Shown here one piece after another: positions 29,650 to 39,098 of a DNA stretch of 64,000 nt; the first letter of the stretch is position 1, and each line of letters opens with the position of its first letter. The notes under the pieces were generated by a model, which was not told where the DNA came from, did not search any database, and was given only the letters and a program-made list of their open reading frames with translations. Source of the stretch: Minisyncoccota bacterium (GTDB lineage Bacteria > Patescibacteriota > Minisyncoccia > Phycocordibacterales > JBAYLF01); the NCBI GenBank assembly GCA_041664205.1, contig JBAYLF010000001.1, forward strand, positions 67,380 to 131,379, in the 5' to 3' direction. The position numbers were made by a program, and so were the translations under genes.

Positions 29650-30489
29650 CTAACTCAGTGGCTCCTTATAAGGATCTGTAACGTTAGAATCTTTTTTAAT
29701 CTCTGTCTTCATAACCATTTTCTGTGGCTCTTTTATAATTTTTTCTTCCTTTTGTGATACCACAATGTCATTTAACTTTGCTTCATGAATAGAAAGTAAT
29801 GGTTTGGAAACAGGCGCTTCAATCTCTGGAATATTTAGATCCTGAACTGGTTTTACCGGAACTGCGACAGAATTAGCAACAACTGCAGAACTTATTGGTT
29901 TTTTATCAACGATAACCATTTCCTGTTTTTTATCTTTTGATTCCATAAACATTGTCTGCTTTTGCACATTTGTATCTGTTTTTGAAGTTATAGTTGATGG
30001 ATTTTCAATTTCTTTTAAAAGATCGTCTTTTGACATTTTTTCAAAATCTTCTTCTTTAATTTCCTTAATTGGTGTTGTTGAAACTGTAGGATTTTCTTCC
30101 ATTACTTCAATTTGACTCTCTTGATCTTCAGCTTGCTGTTTTTTTAATTCTTCTTGATAAGCAGTTTCTTCGTCATCGTGCATTTTTATCAACGATTGGC
30201 GTATAGTTTTAAAAATTTGATCATTCACATCAGCAGCTATAGCCTCAGCCTGCCCTGTGCTCATAAGAAGATCGTCTCTTACATCCTTAACAAAATCCTC
30301 TGGATGAGAAATTCCAACCATTACAAGCATCGTGTCAGTTTCAAGCTGATCAATTTGATCTAAGTGCAACGCATGCTTCTTTGAAATTCCTTGAAGAATT
30401 TCTTTAGTGTTTAAAGAAACAATTGCTTGTTTGATGTCTTTTGGAAGACGCTCAAGACTTTGTTTTAATATTTGTTCTGTTTCGTCCAT
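29650..30489 (-). CDS. Acidic coiled-coil protein (T4SS-locus component, probably cytoplasmic)
   Basis: A start at MDETEQ (30489) avoids overlap with the upstream gene. The protein is E/K/Q-rich with no TM. Confidence 0.4.
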   Translation of the reverse strand: MDETEQILKQSLERLPKDIKQAIVSLNTKEILQGISKKHALHLDQIDQLETDTMLVMVGISHPEDFVKDVRDDLLMSTGQAEAIAADVNDQIFKTIRQSLIKMHDDEETAYQEELKKQQAEDQESQIEVMEENPTVSTTPIKEIKEEDFEKMSKDDLLKEIENPSTITSKTDTNVQKQTMFMESKDKKQEMVIVDKKPISSAVVANSVAVPVKPVQDLNIPEIEAPVSKPLLSIHEAKLNDIVVSQKEEKIIKEPQKMVMKTEIKKDSNVTDPYKEPLS

Positions 30490-30508
30490 ATTTTTATTTT
30501 TAAATTTT

Positions 30509-32704
30509 TTACACTGATGCTGTTGGAGGTTTTGGTGTTGGAGGTTTTGGTTTTTCTTCTTGAACACCTTCTCCTGATTTTGTTTGCTCCTTCATCTCAC
30601 TCATTGCAGCTTCAAATATTTTGTCTTTATTACTCTTACTTTTTACTATCTTAGCTAATGCCATCTTGTCTGACTTTCCTAATGCCCCACCTGTCATCTT
30701 TGATAAAATTGATTTTTCTAACCCAGCTTTCATTTTATTTCCTCTATCTCTTGCCTTTTGTTCTATTGCCATTTTCTTGGTAATAGCTGCTTTAGAAATC
30801 TCCATTTTTTTCTCTGTTTCCGCAATTTTTCTTTTTGCCTCTTGTGCTTCTCTATTAGCTGCTTCCCGACGAGAATTAGACATCATTGGATTAGAAGAAA
30901 TAGCAGCTGCTGCTCTTAGATTACTCTTTTCTTTATTTAGTGTTCCTTCTAATTCTTTCATATTTCCTATCTTGCTTTGCTCTGCTGCTGCAGCAAGAGT
31001 TTCAGCTGTTGTTTGACTAGAAACCATTCCATGCATCTGGGTTTTTGCTTCAGTTTGTTTTTTAAGTTCAGCTGCAAAACCACCCCTTCCTCCAGCTGCG
31101 CCTACACCCATAGAACCTCCCACACCAGTAGCTCTAACATCAAAACTTGATTTTCCAACTTTACTCAAACCTTGTAGAGCAAGACGCCCAGCCTTACTAC
31201 CAGCTAAACTTCTAGCAAAATCTGAGTCAGATAACATTTCCGCTCCACGTCCAAATGTTTGTCTTCCTGCCCAACCCGCACCACCTAATACTGCTCCACC
31301 TGCATAAGCTTGGGCTTTACCAACAAATGTGCTTACAGCAGAACCTCCTTTTGAAGCTAATGATCTAGATATCACAAGTGATGCTATTAAAAATGCAGAA
31401 ACCACAATAAAATTTAGAATAATACCCATACTTCCGGAACCACTTGGATTACTAAGAGCATTTATAAATCCTCCATTATTCTTCATGGCCATTGCTGTTT
31501 TAAAACTATCACTAGTCACAATTAAAAGCGTGATCCATATAAGCATGAAAAATATTGGTGCAAAAAATGCTTGAGAAAAAAGTGCGCTCCACCACTTACT
31601 TGTAAAACTTCTGGTTTGAGGAAGCACCATACTAACAAAAGCTAAAGGCGACAATATCATTACCATTACCAAAACTACAAATCTTGTTGCAAAAAGTATA
31701 GCCGCAATAAAAAATACAAACGAGGTGATTAGTAAAAATATTGATCCCATCGTTGCTATTACAAAAGCATTTTCATTTTCAAGAAAAGCAAATTTATTAC
31801 TACCTGAGGCTTTTGCTTTTTCAATTTGATCTTTAGAAGGTATAAATATACTTTGAAGATTATAAACAGACTGAAACGACCCAGAAATATCTGGCGTGCC
31901 GTTAGCAGTTTGCGCACCTGTAGCAGAATAAAATTCTTTAGCTAAAATATTAGAAGAATCAATTATAACTTTTGTAATAAATAAACTGAAATTTATCAGA
32001 ACAATAGCTATTGCAAGTCTAGCAAGAAGCTGTTTAGTACCGAAGTTACTTAATTGAAGTATCGTAGCAATAGCAATATACAGAAGTATAAAAATAAATG
32101 TCATGTTTGCTACATCTCTCAGGGCTAGCCATGCTGTATTAATAGCGTCTATATTCGACACATTCGCAGCCATTTGAACAACAGTAATATTTACAGAATA
32201 ATTTAAAAGTGCAGATGCTTGAGCAAGAATCCATCCACATAATAACAAAAGGGCATAACCAAGATTTTTTAGAAGTAAACTAATACAAGCCCAAGAAAAT
32301 AAATTTATTACTCCACATTGCTTACTAGCGGCTTCTTCAGCCTTTTTTTGCTGATCTTGAGTTTGATATGGTTGAGTATTCTTAATATAGAGACTTCCAT
32401 CAGCATTCTGACTAAGATTCATTGCATAATTATTATCTGCTCCATCAAAAAGCATGGTGGCATGATTTTGACCATAAGCCGTGCTCTTATAACTTACAGG
32501 TTTATCGTTTATATATAGTTGATTATTTGCATCTGCTGTAAGTTTATAATTTGGATCTTGCTGCATTTTTAGAACATTCTGGACTTCATTTGAAAGAGGA
32601 GCTGTAGTATTCGTGGTTTGTGCATTCACACTTAAAGCAAAACTAAGAAGCATAACAATGGTTAAGCTAAAAAATATTAAAGTGTGTAAAATATTTTTTT
32701 TCAT
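30509..32704 (-). CDS. VirB6/TrbL-like polytopic membrane protein with an N-terminal periplasmic domain and a long Gly/Ala-rich then charged C-terminal tail
   Basis: Signal peptide, a roughly 130 aa periplasmic domain, at least 6 TM helices, then a G/A/S-rich region and a lysine/glutamate-rich tail ending in PKPPTPKPP. Confidence 0.55.
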   Translation of the reverse strand: MKKNILHTLIFFSLTIVMLLSFALSVNAQTTNTTAPLSNEVQNVLKMQQDPNYKLTADANNQLYINDKPVSYKSTAYGQNHATMLFDGADNNYAMNLSQNADGSLYIKNTQPYQTQDQQKKAEEAASKQCGVINLFSWACISLLLKNLGYALLLLCGWILAQASALLNYSVNITVVQMAANVSNIDAINTAWLALRDVANMTFIFILLYIAIATILQLSNFGTKQLLARLAIAIVLINFSLFITKVIIDSSNILAKEFYSATGAQTANGTPDISGSFQSVYNLQSIFIPSKDQIEKAKASGSNKFAFLENENAFVIATMGSIFLLITSFVFFIAAILFATRFVVLVMVMILSPLAFVSMVLPQTRSFTSKWWSALFSQAFFAPIFFMLIWITLLIVTSDSFKTAMAMKNNGGFINALSNPSGSGSMGIILNFIVVSAFLIASLVISRSLASKGGSAVSTFVGKAQAYAGGAVLGGAGWAGRQTFGRGAEMLSDSDFARSLAGSKAGRLALQGLSKVGKSSFDVRATGVGGSMGVGAAGGRGGFAAELKKQTEAKTQMHGMVSSQTTAETLAAAAEQSKIGNMKELEGTLNKEKSNLRAAAAISSNPMMSNSRREAANREAQEAKRKIAETEKKMEISKAAITKKMAIEQKARDRGNKMKAGLEKSILSKMTGGALGKSDKMALAKIVKSKSNKDKIFEAAMSEMKEQTKSGEGVQEEKPKPPTPKPPTASV

Positions 32705-32747
32705 TTTTTAATACTTTGTAAAATTCAATCGCCCTAATTTATTAATA

Positions 32748-34430
32748 CTACTTAGTTACTGTTACTTTAGCGCTTTGTGTAACCGAACTTTCTGATTTTA
32801 TGCATGTAATTGTGTAAGTTGTTGTAGTTGCTGGAGATACTGTAATTGAACCTGACGTGCTAGATGCTACAAAATTAGTTCCGGAACATGAAGTAGTGTT
32901 AATTGAACTCCATAAAAGTTTCGATGAGCTTCCTAATTTTATCGAAGTAGGGTCAGCAGCAAATACAACTGTTGGTGTTGCGCTAGAACCTCCATTAAAT
33001 GTTGCTCCGACTGTTTTATTTGAATTAAGTGTAACTGCACACGTTCCTGTGCCTGTGCAAGCTCCTGACCAGCCTGTAAATGTTGCGCCTGTGCCTGGCG
33101 TTGCTGTTAATGTTATTGATGTTCCTGAATTTGATATTTGAGAACAAATTGTTCCACAAGTTATTCCTCCTCCTGAGACTACTCCGGATCCTGTTCCTAA
33201 TTTATTTATAGAAAGAGTATATTTTGTTGTTGTTCCACCACCTGTTGTCCCACCCCCAGTAGTTCCTCCACCAGTTGTGCCCCCTCCTGTAGTTCCTCCA
33301 CCAGAAGGACTCCCGAGATTAAAACCTCCTCCTGTAATGTATGGTCCAATCTTTCTACTATTATTAATTCCGGAACCACTATTACCATAATTAAATGAAT
33401 TACCATTATATGAGCTTCCGTTAGTTCCACTATTAAATTGTTGCTGTGCGTTTTGTAAAGTAGTTGGATCAGTTAAAAGTCCTAGATTTCTCTTTGTGAA
33501 TTGTGTCGACATATCAGATATAAATTCTTGATATTCATTAGAAGATTCAATTCTTCGTAAGTTACTTCCTAAGTTGTTATTTGCTTGTGTCCCTACAACC
33601 GATCCTGGTGTAATTAGGTCAGAATAAAGATTATTAGTGGCTCTGTAAGGCTTAAAACCATCTCCTTGATTAAGAAGGGTCAACTCATTCTGTTGTTTTT
33701 GTTGGATTTGATAATCTAATTGATTTTCTGCTTCTGTGTAAGCACCCCAAATATTATTTCTATTTGCTAACATTTCATCCCACGCTTGTGCACCGCCATT
33801 ATTCCAATCACTCACAAAACTATCAGAATCTGTTAGATATTGATTTTGTTGTTTATTCCTATCCGAGTAATTATCAATATAATCGCTCATTAATGCATTT
33901 TTTACAGTGCTATTAATTGTGTTTTGAGGTAATAAATCAAATTGCTTTTCAAAAAATCTTATTGTTGCTTGATCAGATACATTAGTTAGATAATCATCTA
34001 AATTTGTTACAAACATAGGATTTCCTTGATCTCCTGTATTTACCCATTTAACTGTGTCTTCTGTTATTTTATTAATGACTCCTGAAACTGTTTTAAAATC
34101 TTTACTGTCCAAACTTTCGCCATTAGCACAAGGACCACCAATTCCTACTTCCTTACAAGAAACTGCGCGAGTCCATTGTTCTATAAGAACAAGTAGATCT
34201 TTTGACATTTTTGTCCATTGTTCTATAAGTCGTGTTGATTGTTGTATAGCACTAGAACTTGATTTTATAGCGCTAGTGTTTGATCCTACTTTTGAATCAA
34301 CAACTGGAATTGCGCCACCGGCTAAAGCTGTCCCAGTATTTACTAAGAAAAAGAATAGAATAAATATTGAAAAAATAGCTGCTTTATTTTTCATTTTGGA
34401 AATTATTTTAAAATAGCGATTAAATAACAT
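32748..34430 (-). CDS. Surface/adhesin-like protein with a (GGGTT)x5 repeat, a divergent InlB B-repeat domain and a C-terminal Ig/PKD-like domain
   Basis: Signal peptide. Five 15-nt repeats at 33228-33306 encode GGGTTGGGTTGGGTTGGGTTGGGTT. YTLSINKLGTGSGVVSGGGITCGTICSQ...TFTGWSGACTGTGTCAVTL is the Listeria-Bacteroides (InlB B) repeat pattern. The terminal beta-sandwich segment is TYTITCIKSESSVTQSAKVTV. Confidence 0.55.
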   Translation of the reverse strand: MLFNRYFKIISKMKNKAAIFSIFILFFFLVNTGTALAGGAIPVVDSKVGSNTSAIKSSSSAIQQSTRLIEQWTKMSKDLLVLIEQWTRAVSCKEVGIGGPCANGESLDSKDFKTVSGVINKITEDTVKWVNTGDQGNPMFVTNLDDYLTNVSDQATIRFFEKQFDLLPQNTINSTVKNALMSDYIDNYSDRNKQQNQYLTDSDSFVSDWNNGGAQAWDEMLANRNNIWGAYTEAENQLDYQIQQKQQNELTLLNQGDGFKPYRATNNLYSDLITPGSVVGTQANNNLGSNLRRIESSNEYQEFISDMSTQFTKRNLGLLTDPTTLQNAQQQFNSGTNGSSYNGNSFNYGNSGSGINNSRKIGPYITGGGFNLGSPSGGGTTGGGTTGGGTTGGGTTGGGTTTKYTLSINKLGTGSGVVSGGGITCGTICSQISNSGTSITLTATPGTGATFTGWSGACTGTGTCAVTLNSNKTVGATFNGGSSATPTVVFAADPTSIKLGSSSKLLWSSINTTSCSGTNFVASSTSGSITVSPATTTTYTITCIKSESSVTQSAKVTVTK

Positions 34431-34436
34431 AAATTT

Positions 34437-35459
34437 TTACATATTAGATATTTCCCAAAAATATCCTGCTTCATCTTTATTAAAAGTAATATTATTCTTT
34501 TTTAAATAACTCATAACGTTTTTGTAATTTTGAACCTGCACCGTAGAATAACTTGCAAATTTTTGTAACCCTCCTAAAGCATTGATTGGGTCGCTATCAT
34601 ATAAACTCATTTCAAAAATTCCTTGTCCCATTATGTAATGTGTATTAATAATATCTAAATGGTTTTTGGAAAGCGCTGCTGGCACAGGAATTTTGGAAAG
34701 ATCTTCTGCTAATAAAATGTAATACTTTGCGATCTCTGATAATTTTGCACCTGCATTGTTGTCATTTCCGTTAGTTGAGTTATTAAAAATTTCATAAGGA
34801 TCCGTTGACGCAATATCAGGATAACTAGAAACTGCAAAAATTAAATCGTTACCATATTTTTTGTCTGATTCTTTTGTTCCATCATTAACAATATTTAATG
34901 AACTTAATGAATATTTAATTGTGGCTTCTGTTGGCTTGTAACTATTTACTAATGAATCTATTAATTGTTTTTTTGTGTCTGCATTCAAATTACCTGCATC
35001 TTGTAATTTTAAATATTGCGTAGTCGCATCATTAGCAATTTGTTGTGTTATCGAAACTTGATCGCTACTAATTTCATATGACGCCGCTTTATTTTTATTT
35101 TGATCGACAAAAGTAATACTGTCTTTATTTAACTTATCATTAGGACCTTTCACTAAAGGATTTCTTCCTTGTTTTATTTCATCACCATCTTTTGCACCAT
35201 CGCCATCTGTGTCTGGATTTAATAAATCAGTTTTCCAAAGCGATTCTTCCCAGTCCGGCAACCCATCATTGTCGCTATCTTTTGCTGAATTTAAATCAGA
35301 TACTACCTGGAGAGATTTTACTTCATTAAAATTTTGAACTTTGTAGCCTATTTTTTGACTTAATTTATTGATACCTCCTCTTGATATAAAGAAGAAACCA
35401 CCCACAAAAGCGAGAGATACCAAAAAAATTCCCCAAATTTTTTTGCTTGGCAAGTTCAA
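34437..35459 (-). CDS. Membrane-anchored protein with thrombospondin type-3-like calcium-binding repeats
   Basis: N-terminal TM, then DSDNDGLPDWEE ... DTDGDGAKDGDE (DxDxDG motifs). Confidence 0.5.
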   Translation of the reverse strand: MNLPSKKIWGIFLVSLAFVGGFFFISRGGINKLSQKIGYKVQNFNEVKSLQVVSDLNSAKDSDNDGLPDWEESLWKTDLLNPDTDGDGAKDGDEIKQGRNPLVKGPNDKLNKDSITFVDQNKNKAASYEISSDQVSITQQIANDATTQYLKLQDAGNLNADTKKQLIDSLVNSYKPTEATIKYSLSSLNIVNDGTKESDKKYGNDLIFAVSSYPDIASTDPYEIFNNSTNGNDNNAGAKLSEIAKYYILLAEDLSKIPVPAALSKNHLDIINTHYIMGQGIFEMSLYDSDPINALGGLQKFASYSTVQVQNYKNVMSYLKKNNITFNKDEAGYFWEISNM

Positions 35460-35659
35460 GATAAAAATTCTTAAAAGCAGCTACAATACTTCCAGCTTGC
35501 TTAAATTAATTATATCAAATAATACATATATAGTATGTGAAAAACTTCATTTATGTGGATAGTGAGAAGTAAAAATTTATAAAAAATAATTATTTATTTT
35601 TAAAACAAAAAAGCCAGCGTTTTTTAAGCGCTGGCTTTAGAATTCATACTTTCTTTTTG

Positions 35660-36304
35660 TTACTTTTCTGGTTTCTTTTCTAAAAGTCTCTGAATATTAC
35701 CTGAGTCTTTTTCAATTCTTCCTTGTTCCAATCTCACGTCTATCGTCCATAAAAACCTAGTATCATGCAATGTGTGTAATATCACAGGTTGATTACCGAG
35801 ACTATTCGCGGTTCTAAACTTTAAATCAACTTCACACATAGCAAAGGGGCTTGAAGGAGATAGATCGACTGTATAAGGTTTTCCGATGGCCAAAAAAACC
35901 ACTTTTAGTTTTTGACCAGGTTTTAGAAACCCATTGTTACTCCTGTATTTTTCATTTGATCCACTTAATACCTTGCCAATATTATGACCAGTAGTGGAAT
36001 CAAACAATATCTGCAAGGGAAATTCGGCAGTATTTTGAAAAACATAAGAACAAGCATACATTTCGGTTACCTCAACTTCAGCCATTCCTTTTGTTTTTGC
36101 GTAAATACTACTTATAAACCGTTGGGCTTCCTTATAATAAGGACCATTTTCATCCAAAATATCAATCTTTTGTAGATTTGAATCAACTTCGATAATATAT
36201 TTGGAAATCGCAACATCCTTGTTTCCAACAACCTGATCGGCCATTGAAAAACAAGGGACTAGAAAGTATGTTAATGTCAAAAGAGCAATCATCAGTGTTT
36301 TCAT
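35660..36304 (-). CDS. Secreted protein of unknown function (first gene of the T4SS-like locus)
   Basis: Signal peptide MKTLMIALLTLTYFLVPCFSMA. Confidence 0.4.
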   Translation of the reverse strand: MKTLMIALLTLTYFLVPCFSMADQVVGNKDVAISKYIIEVDSNLQKIDILDENGPYYKEAQRFISSIYAKTKGMAEVEVTEMYACSYVFQNTAEFPLQILFDSTTGHNIGKVLSGSNEKYRSNNGFLKPGQKLKVVFLAIGKPYTVDLSPSSPFAMCEVDLKFRTANSLGNQPVILHTLHDTRFLWTIDVRLEQGRIEKDSGNIQRLLEKKPEK

Positions 36305-36413
36305 TTTCTTTTTCAGTATTTTAAAGTTTCGATGTTTTTACAGCGTTTTTGCTGTTTTCTGCGTTAATTGTATGATATTTTTAAAGATTTGTCAATAAAA
36401 ATGTGAGTTTCAA

Positions 36414-36441
36414 TTGACATCTGTCATTCATTTTGTATAAT
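36414..36441 (+). promoter_or_regulatory. Strong sigma70-like promoter upstream of nusA
   Basis: TTGACA (36414-36419), a 16-nt spacer, and an extended -10 TGTATAAT (36434-36441). Confidence 0.55.
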
Positions 36442-36462
36442 TGTAAATGTTAAATCAATGTT

Positions 36463-36488
36463 CGCCCACGAGGCGGGCTATTTTTTTA
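36463..36488 (+). terminator. Terminator-like hairpin with T-tract immediately downstream of the promoter (attenuator or tiny sRNA)
   Basis: cgcccacgaggcgggc followed by tattttttt. Confidence 0.4.
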
Positions 36489-36559
36489 AAAAAATTAAAA
36501 ATATAATATATAAAATGGCTACAAATATAGATTATTGGCTGTTTTATTAACAAAATATA

Positions 36560-37720
36560 ATGCTTGACTTAAAAGTAATAAATTCAGTTTTAGAACAATT
36601 AGAAGAAGAACGCGGAATCCCTAAGGAAAAAATCATGGAAGCAATAGAAATGGCCTTAGCTACCGCATACAAGAAAGAATACGGTAAAAAAGGCCAGATT
36701 GTTAGAGCTACTTTTGATATTAACACCGGAGCTACACAATTTTTCCAAGTAAAGAAAATTGTTGATGAATCTTTGGTAATAATTGAGGAAGAAGGTGAAG
36801 ATTTTGATGACCAATCAAAAACACCAATAATCGACGAGGAAGACGGACGTGTTAGATACAATCCGGAGCATCATATTTTGATAGAAGATGCAAAAAAGAT
36901 CAAAAAAGACTCTGTTTTAGGCGAAGAGATAGTATTTCCTTTAGAAACAAAGAGTGATTTTGGACGAATTGCAGCCCAAACAGCAAAACAGGTAATTATT
37001 CAAAAAATCCGTGAAGCTGAAAGAGTTTCTGTTGTTGGTGAATTTGGTGAAAAGGAAGGAGAAATCGTAAGTGGCACAGTTCAGAGAGTAGAACATGGAA
37101 ATATCTTTCTAGATATGGGCAGAACAAGCGGTATTTTACCTTTTGAAGAGCAAATTCCAGGAGAAAGATACAGACAAGGCGAACGAATTCGCGTATATCT
37201 TGATAGAGTTGAAGAGACTCCAAGAGGTATTTTTCTAAGACTCTCAAGATCACATCCTAAATTTCTTATAAAACTATTCGAAGTTGAGGTCCCAGAAATT
37301 GCCAGCGGTGTAGTAGAAATTAAAGCTGTGGCTCGTGAAGCAGGTTCTCGTTCAAAAGTGGCTACATATTCAAATGATGAACATATAGATCCTGTTGGTT
37401 CTATGGTTGGACAGCGAGGAGTTCGCGTTTCTACAGTTATGAGTGAGCTTGGTGGTGAAAAAATAGACATAATTCAATGGTCTCCTGACACAAAAAAGTT
37501 TATTGAGGACTCCCTATCACCTGCACATGTATTGAGCGTAGATATTGATGAAAAAGAGCGCAGAGCAGTAGTTAAAGTCACTGAAGATCAACAATCATTA
37601 GCAATAGGAAAAGGTGGTCAAAATGTGCGTCTTGCAGTTAAACTTACAGGTTGGAAAATAGATATCCAATCCGTAAAAGGAGAAAATTTAGCAGAATCTG
37701 AAGAATCTTCAGAAAAATAA
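36560..37720 (+). CDS. nusA: Transcription termination/antitermination factor NusA
   Basis: N-terminal NusA domain, S1 domain, and two KH domains (GQRGVRV..., GKGGQNVRLA). Confidence 0.9.
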   Translation: MLDLKVINSVLEQLEEERGIPKEKIMEAIEMALATAYKKEYGKKGQIVRATFDINTGATQFFQVKKIVDESLVIIEEEGEDFDDQSKTPIIDEEDGRVRYNPEHHILIEDAKKIKKDSVLGEEIVFPLETKSDFGRIAAQTAKQVIIQKIREAERVSVVGEFGEKEGEIVSGTVQRVEHGNIFLDMGRTSGILPFEEQIPGERYRQGERIRVYLDRVEETPRGIFLRLSRSHPKFLIKLFEVEVPEIASGVVEIKAVAREAGSRSKVATYSNDEHIDPVGSMVGQRGVRVSTVMSELGGEKIDIIQWSPDTKKFIEDSLSPAHVLSVDIDEKERRAVVKVTEDQQSLAIGKGGQNVRLAVKLTGWKIDIQSVKGENLAESEESSEK

Positions 37721-37864
37721 AATTAATTTTTAAATTTAATAAACAAAAAGCCGAGAAATCGGCTTTTTGTTTATATCAACCTTGTTTTTAATCTATATAA
37801 AAAATATAATTACAATAAGACTTTTAAAAAGAAGTCTATTAATTAGAGTAATTAAAAAATAATC

Positions 37865-38635
37865 ATGAATCATAATATTAATAAAAGAACTTTCGTCTTA
37901 CTTGGTATCATTGGAGCAATGGCTTTGATTCCAAACATCATTCTTGCTGAAACAAATAATCCACCGAAACCTATTAACAAACCCAACGGAGTAATAAAAG
38001 ATATGAAACAGGATACCAAACAAGTTATTCAAAATGAAAGAAAGGATCTTAAAAATGATATACATTACATAAAAGAAAACGCCAGCACTACAGGAACTAG
38101 CACAAGAAAACAGATAGAAGAAAAGAAAATCGAAACCAAAGGAATAATCAAAGATGAAAAACAAGATTTAAAAAACAGAGTAAGAATCGAACAAAATAAA
38201 AAGTTATTAGACCAAACAATAAAAAAATTAACTGCGGCATACGAAAGATTAAAAACATTAGCGGAAAGAATCGATTCTCGTATAAAAAAGCTTGAAAGTC
38301 AAAATATTGATGAAACAAAATCTAAAACTATTCTTGCGCAAGCAAACCTAAAAATTACAGACGTTGAACAAAAAATTCATTTGTTTTCAACAACAACCAT
38401 CAGCACAATGCTTTCAAATGCAACAACTACCGAATCAACAAAAGTTGTAACAAAAAAGATTAAAGATAGCACTTCAGTAATAAAACAAGAATTACAAGAT
38501 ATTCAAAAACTTTTAGCAGACTCGGTCAATAGTCTAAAACCAGGTTTTAACAAAAATGCCACAACGACAAATGCTACATCAACTCCAGATAGAAATAAAT
38601 TTGGCACCACAACTCCTAAAAATCCTAAAAAATAA
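37865..38635 (+). CDS. Secreted coiled-coil protein
   Basis: Signal peptide and K/E/Q-rich heptad-like repeats (KDLKN). Confidence 0.4.
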   Translation: MNHNINKRTFVLLGIIGAMALIPNIILAETNNPPKPINKPNGVIKDMKQDTKQVIQNERKDLKNDIHYIKENASTTGTSTRKQIEEKKIETKGIIKDEKQDLKNRVRIEQNKKLLDQTIKKLTAAYERLKTLAERIDSRIKKLESQNIDETKSKTILAQANLKITDVEQKIHLFSTTTISTMLSNATTTESTKVVTKKIKDSTSVIKQELQDIQKLLADSVNSLKPGFNKNATTTNATSTPDRNKFGTTTPKNPKK

Positions 38636-38657
38636 TTAGAAATAAAAAAAATTTAAA

Positions 38658-38993
38658 ATGGAAAATTTAAATCAACAAAATAATACAAATAACGCTAGTG
38701 GAACAATACCAGAAATTAAAATGACACCGAAAAATTCAATTGGACCGCTTGTAAGTGCATTGATTGTTATTGCTCTTATTGCATTAGGAGGACTTTATGC
38801 TTGGAGCCAAAATATTTCTAAAATTGAAGAAATAAAAAGTGAAAATACAGAAATTATTAAAAGTAATACAGCTCAAGAAGAAATTAATAAGCTTACAACA
38901 CAAGGAACAAGTGATGAAGTAGATTCGATTAAACAAGATTTGGATGCCACTAATTTAGACAAAATCGATTCTGATGTTCAATCAATACAATAA
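38658..38993 (+). CDS. Small membrane-anchored protein
   Basis: One TM helix (LVSALIVIALIALGGLYAW). Confidence 0.35.
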   Translation: MENLNQQNNTNNASGTIPEIKMTPKNSIGPLVSALIVIALIALGGLYAWSQNISKIEEIKSENTEIIKSNTAQEEINKLTTQGTSDEVDSIKQDLDATNLDKIDSDVQSIQ

Positions 38994-39098
38994 GTTATAA
39001 AAATCTAAATTAAATCTTTTTCTAACCCCTTTGATCTGTCAGAGGGGTTAGATTGTAAAAGAGTTGTAAAAAATGAATTTCAGTATAAACTATCATTT

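Noticed and set aside
29419-29757. ORF 29419..29757(+) spanning the palindromic repeat
   Set aside because: Its translation (…SREGGNPVFIF…RLRGNDS…) is the usual read-through of a palindromic repeat, and it is antisense to the T4SS operon.
33228-33306. 15-nt tandem repeats considered as a possible CRISPR or satellite array
   Set aside because: The repeats are in-frame coding sequence for a (GGGTT)n linker within a signal-peptide-bearing protein. There are no spacers or cas genes, and no CRISPR array was found anywhere in the window.
36547-37470. Minus-strand ORFs 36547..36861, 36996..37253 and 37081..37470
   Set aside because: They are antisense to nusA.
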